Shown piece after piece: positions 61,947-64,000 of a stretch of 64,000 nucleotides of DNA (the stretch's first letter is position 1; each line of letters opens with the position of its first letter). The notes under the pieces were generated by a model. The model did not search any database. It was not told the DNA's origin and saw nothing but the letters and a program-made list of their open reading frames with translations. This DNA is from Takakia lepidozioides. Taxonomy: Eukaryota; Plantae; Bryophyta. The stretch is taken from contig CM060731.1 of assembly GCA_030704615.1 (NCBI GenBank), positions 78,678,001 through 78,742,000 of the forward strand, read 5' to 3'. A program made the position numbers and the translations under genes.

Positions 61947-63819
61947 TGATGCCAGTATATTAATGTTGGGTACTGGTTAGGAGGCTTTCAAGAGTTATGA
62001 GCACATAAAGGGACAACCAACTTCATCACATCAATATGCATGCTGCATATTCTAATCTTGCCCCACCACAACTTTTGAAAAATTAATCTCTTTCAAAGTA
62101 ACCATGCCATGAGGCAACAAGCACATGGCTCATGGGAGCCCAACAAGGGAAGGGAAAGAAGAAGCCATACAAGTCTCCCGGTCTCTTGCACTATGATGGA
62201 ATTGGAACATGTTCCAAAACAAAAGAACAGATTGTCTAGACTTTTGCACCAAAACTAAGACGGCCAACCAAACCCACATCGTACATCCCTCTTCGTAATT
62301 CAGGTGGAAATCCAGTGGACGTCCATGTGTGTTGCTTCATGTCATATATCACAATTACTTCAGTGTGTCTGGTCCACATGAATAAGAGATTGTCATGGCT
62401 CACCACTTGAAAATAGTACATGTTGGTGAAACTAGTTCCTGGATTCTCACTTCTTGCAATCTCAAGCCACTCTGCACTCGTTGCAGAACCTTTCAACTCC
62501 CACACACAAATTGTTGGTGAGACGTGCATTTGATCGCGAGGCGGCCCAACCATCAACAGGCGCCCCTCACTCTCTACAAGTCGACTAAGACAACCGAGTT
62601 CACCAACGTCAGGCATCCGTGTGCAGCAACTTTAGTCCACACACCCGTGCCAATGTCACAAGCCATCACATAGAGCAAAGAGAGTAGGGCCGCATATCAC
62701 ACTTCCTGTTCAAAACGAAGAGGTCATTGAGGGCATGTTTCCAGTCTCGGTCCAACACTCGCATGTTGAGTCATAGATGTGCGTTCTCCAACGTAGTCGT
62801 GGTTCGGCGTAATTGTATGACATCACAAGGACCTTGTATGCCCCCACGTACTTGTCCATCAACATGCAAAATAAGCCTCCGTCTGCAGCACAAACTATGA
62901 ACATCAAATTATCCTTCAAGGGGAGTTTGAGGCCGATCTTGTGCCACCGTCGAGTTGTGGGGGCATACCACGTACAAACATCTTGGAGTATCCATCCTGG
63001 CAGTATCTGCCTAAAAACAAGAGATAGGAGTGTTGGTGAAGAGGGAGGTGCTGACAGAGTTGTTGGAAAGCAGCAGTGGATGGGAGGGAGTTCCACAACT
63101 TGCACAGCGACTTAAAGCGGACAAGACTTGGATATGGCAAACAGGCCAACACTACCATCACTAACTCGAAAGGGAGCCTGCTCCATATCTCCTCCTCTAT
63201 ATTGACCACCCACAAAACCTCTCTAATCCGTTCTTGTGATCGTAACACGGAGCTTGGGACAAGAGACGTGTAGGGAAGGTATGAACCAGTGAAGCACCGC
63301 AAGTGTTCCTTGCCCCGAGTGAAGAATTTTCAAAAGAACTTCTCTACGAACGTAAAGAAAGAGTCAGCCTATGAGAATTCATACCCATGAGCCCGACTAT
63401 TGTTGGTATCATTTCTGTGCTATCAAAAGAAAGCCTCGCTCTTGCTTTTGCTATTCTGGTACTTGAACCTTCTTTGCTCGCCATCCACTTCCCTTTAACT
63501 ATTTCCAGCCGTGCTTTTTGTTGTGGTCTGTACGTCTGTACATAGAAACCCTAAAAATCCTTGAAAAATCCTGCCATGTGCGAGAAATTGGGGAGGGAGA
63601 TGGCAGAGCGCGCTGGATGCGCCACTCTTGTGATTCCTCCTTTCTTGGTCGGTCTTCAACAGTATCAAGGGATGGAAAAGGGGTGGTCATGTTGCAGACC
63701 CATTTCATCTCCAGTGCTGGTTGCAGTCCACAAGGCGCTGCCAGCGCAGGCGCGGGAAAGCCTAGTATCACGAACTCTCCATCCAGAGCTGTCTACAACT
63801 ACTCGGGTTCAAAGCATGT
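61947..63819 (-). repeat. Right arm of the inverted segmental duplication
   Basis: Reverse-complement match to 231-2148. Confidence 0.9.
62236..63200 (-). pseudogene. F-box/kelch-type pseudogene, paralog of 885-1871
   Basis: Start ATG mutated to ATA (63198-63200), with frameshifts and internal deletions; retains a 42-codon segment missing from the left copy. Confidence 0.85.
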
Positions 63820-64000
63820 ATCCTTTGTCTGCCTGTGGGACTGGTGGTATTATCCACTATAACTGAATTGAAGTGTAGAAAAGTTGAGTACAAAGTGGGA
63901 TTGTGCACAGTGGACCTTGAGCAAAGATGCCAGCGCAGAAGCGGAATCAAATAGTGCAGAACAGTAAGAACTCTCTTTATTGGCGGCTGTTAAATCTGTC

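Overview
Eukaryotic, intron-containing plant genomic DNA, probably from a non-seed land plant (inferred from the TE types; species not determinable). Host genes are an F-box/kelch-type gene (885-1871, +), a ~15-exon purple acid phosphatase of the nucleotide pyrophosphatase type (8684-15883, -) with a truncated LINE in one intron, a UBC32-like E2 gene (56465-58530, -), and a decayed inverted duplicate of the F-box locus (~61.9-63.8 kb). The centre is a 36.9 kb nest of transposons. A Ty1/copia element with non-canonical TA...TA LTR ends (17984-54859, TSD CCACC) sits inside a DUF2921 gene fragment. The copia contains (i) a 23.4 kb Sola-like DNA transposon (18815-42185; 30-bp TIRs, TSD GAAG) that itself holds a young chromoviral Gypsy (27158-32847, TSD CTTGT), (ii) an unclassified ~0.7 kb insert, and (iii) an apparently LTR-less gag + integrase + PHD element (43969-51479) carrying a minisatellite and a Gypsy solo LTR. 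The best candidate for an undescribed system is the Sola-like element (~17.7 kb net). Besides its transposase it carries spliced cargo genes for a ParB/Srx-like protein with a degenerate amino-methyltransferase-like module and for a protein with three FCP1/NIF-like HAD domains. It also has about 13 dispersed copies of a 24-bp palindrome (AACCTCCACTG-NN-CAGTGGAGGTT), seen only in its non-coding parts. All domain calls are from motif recognition by eye, not from database searches.
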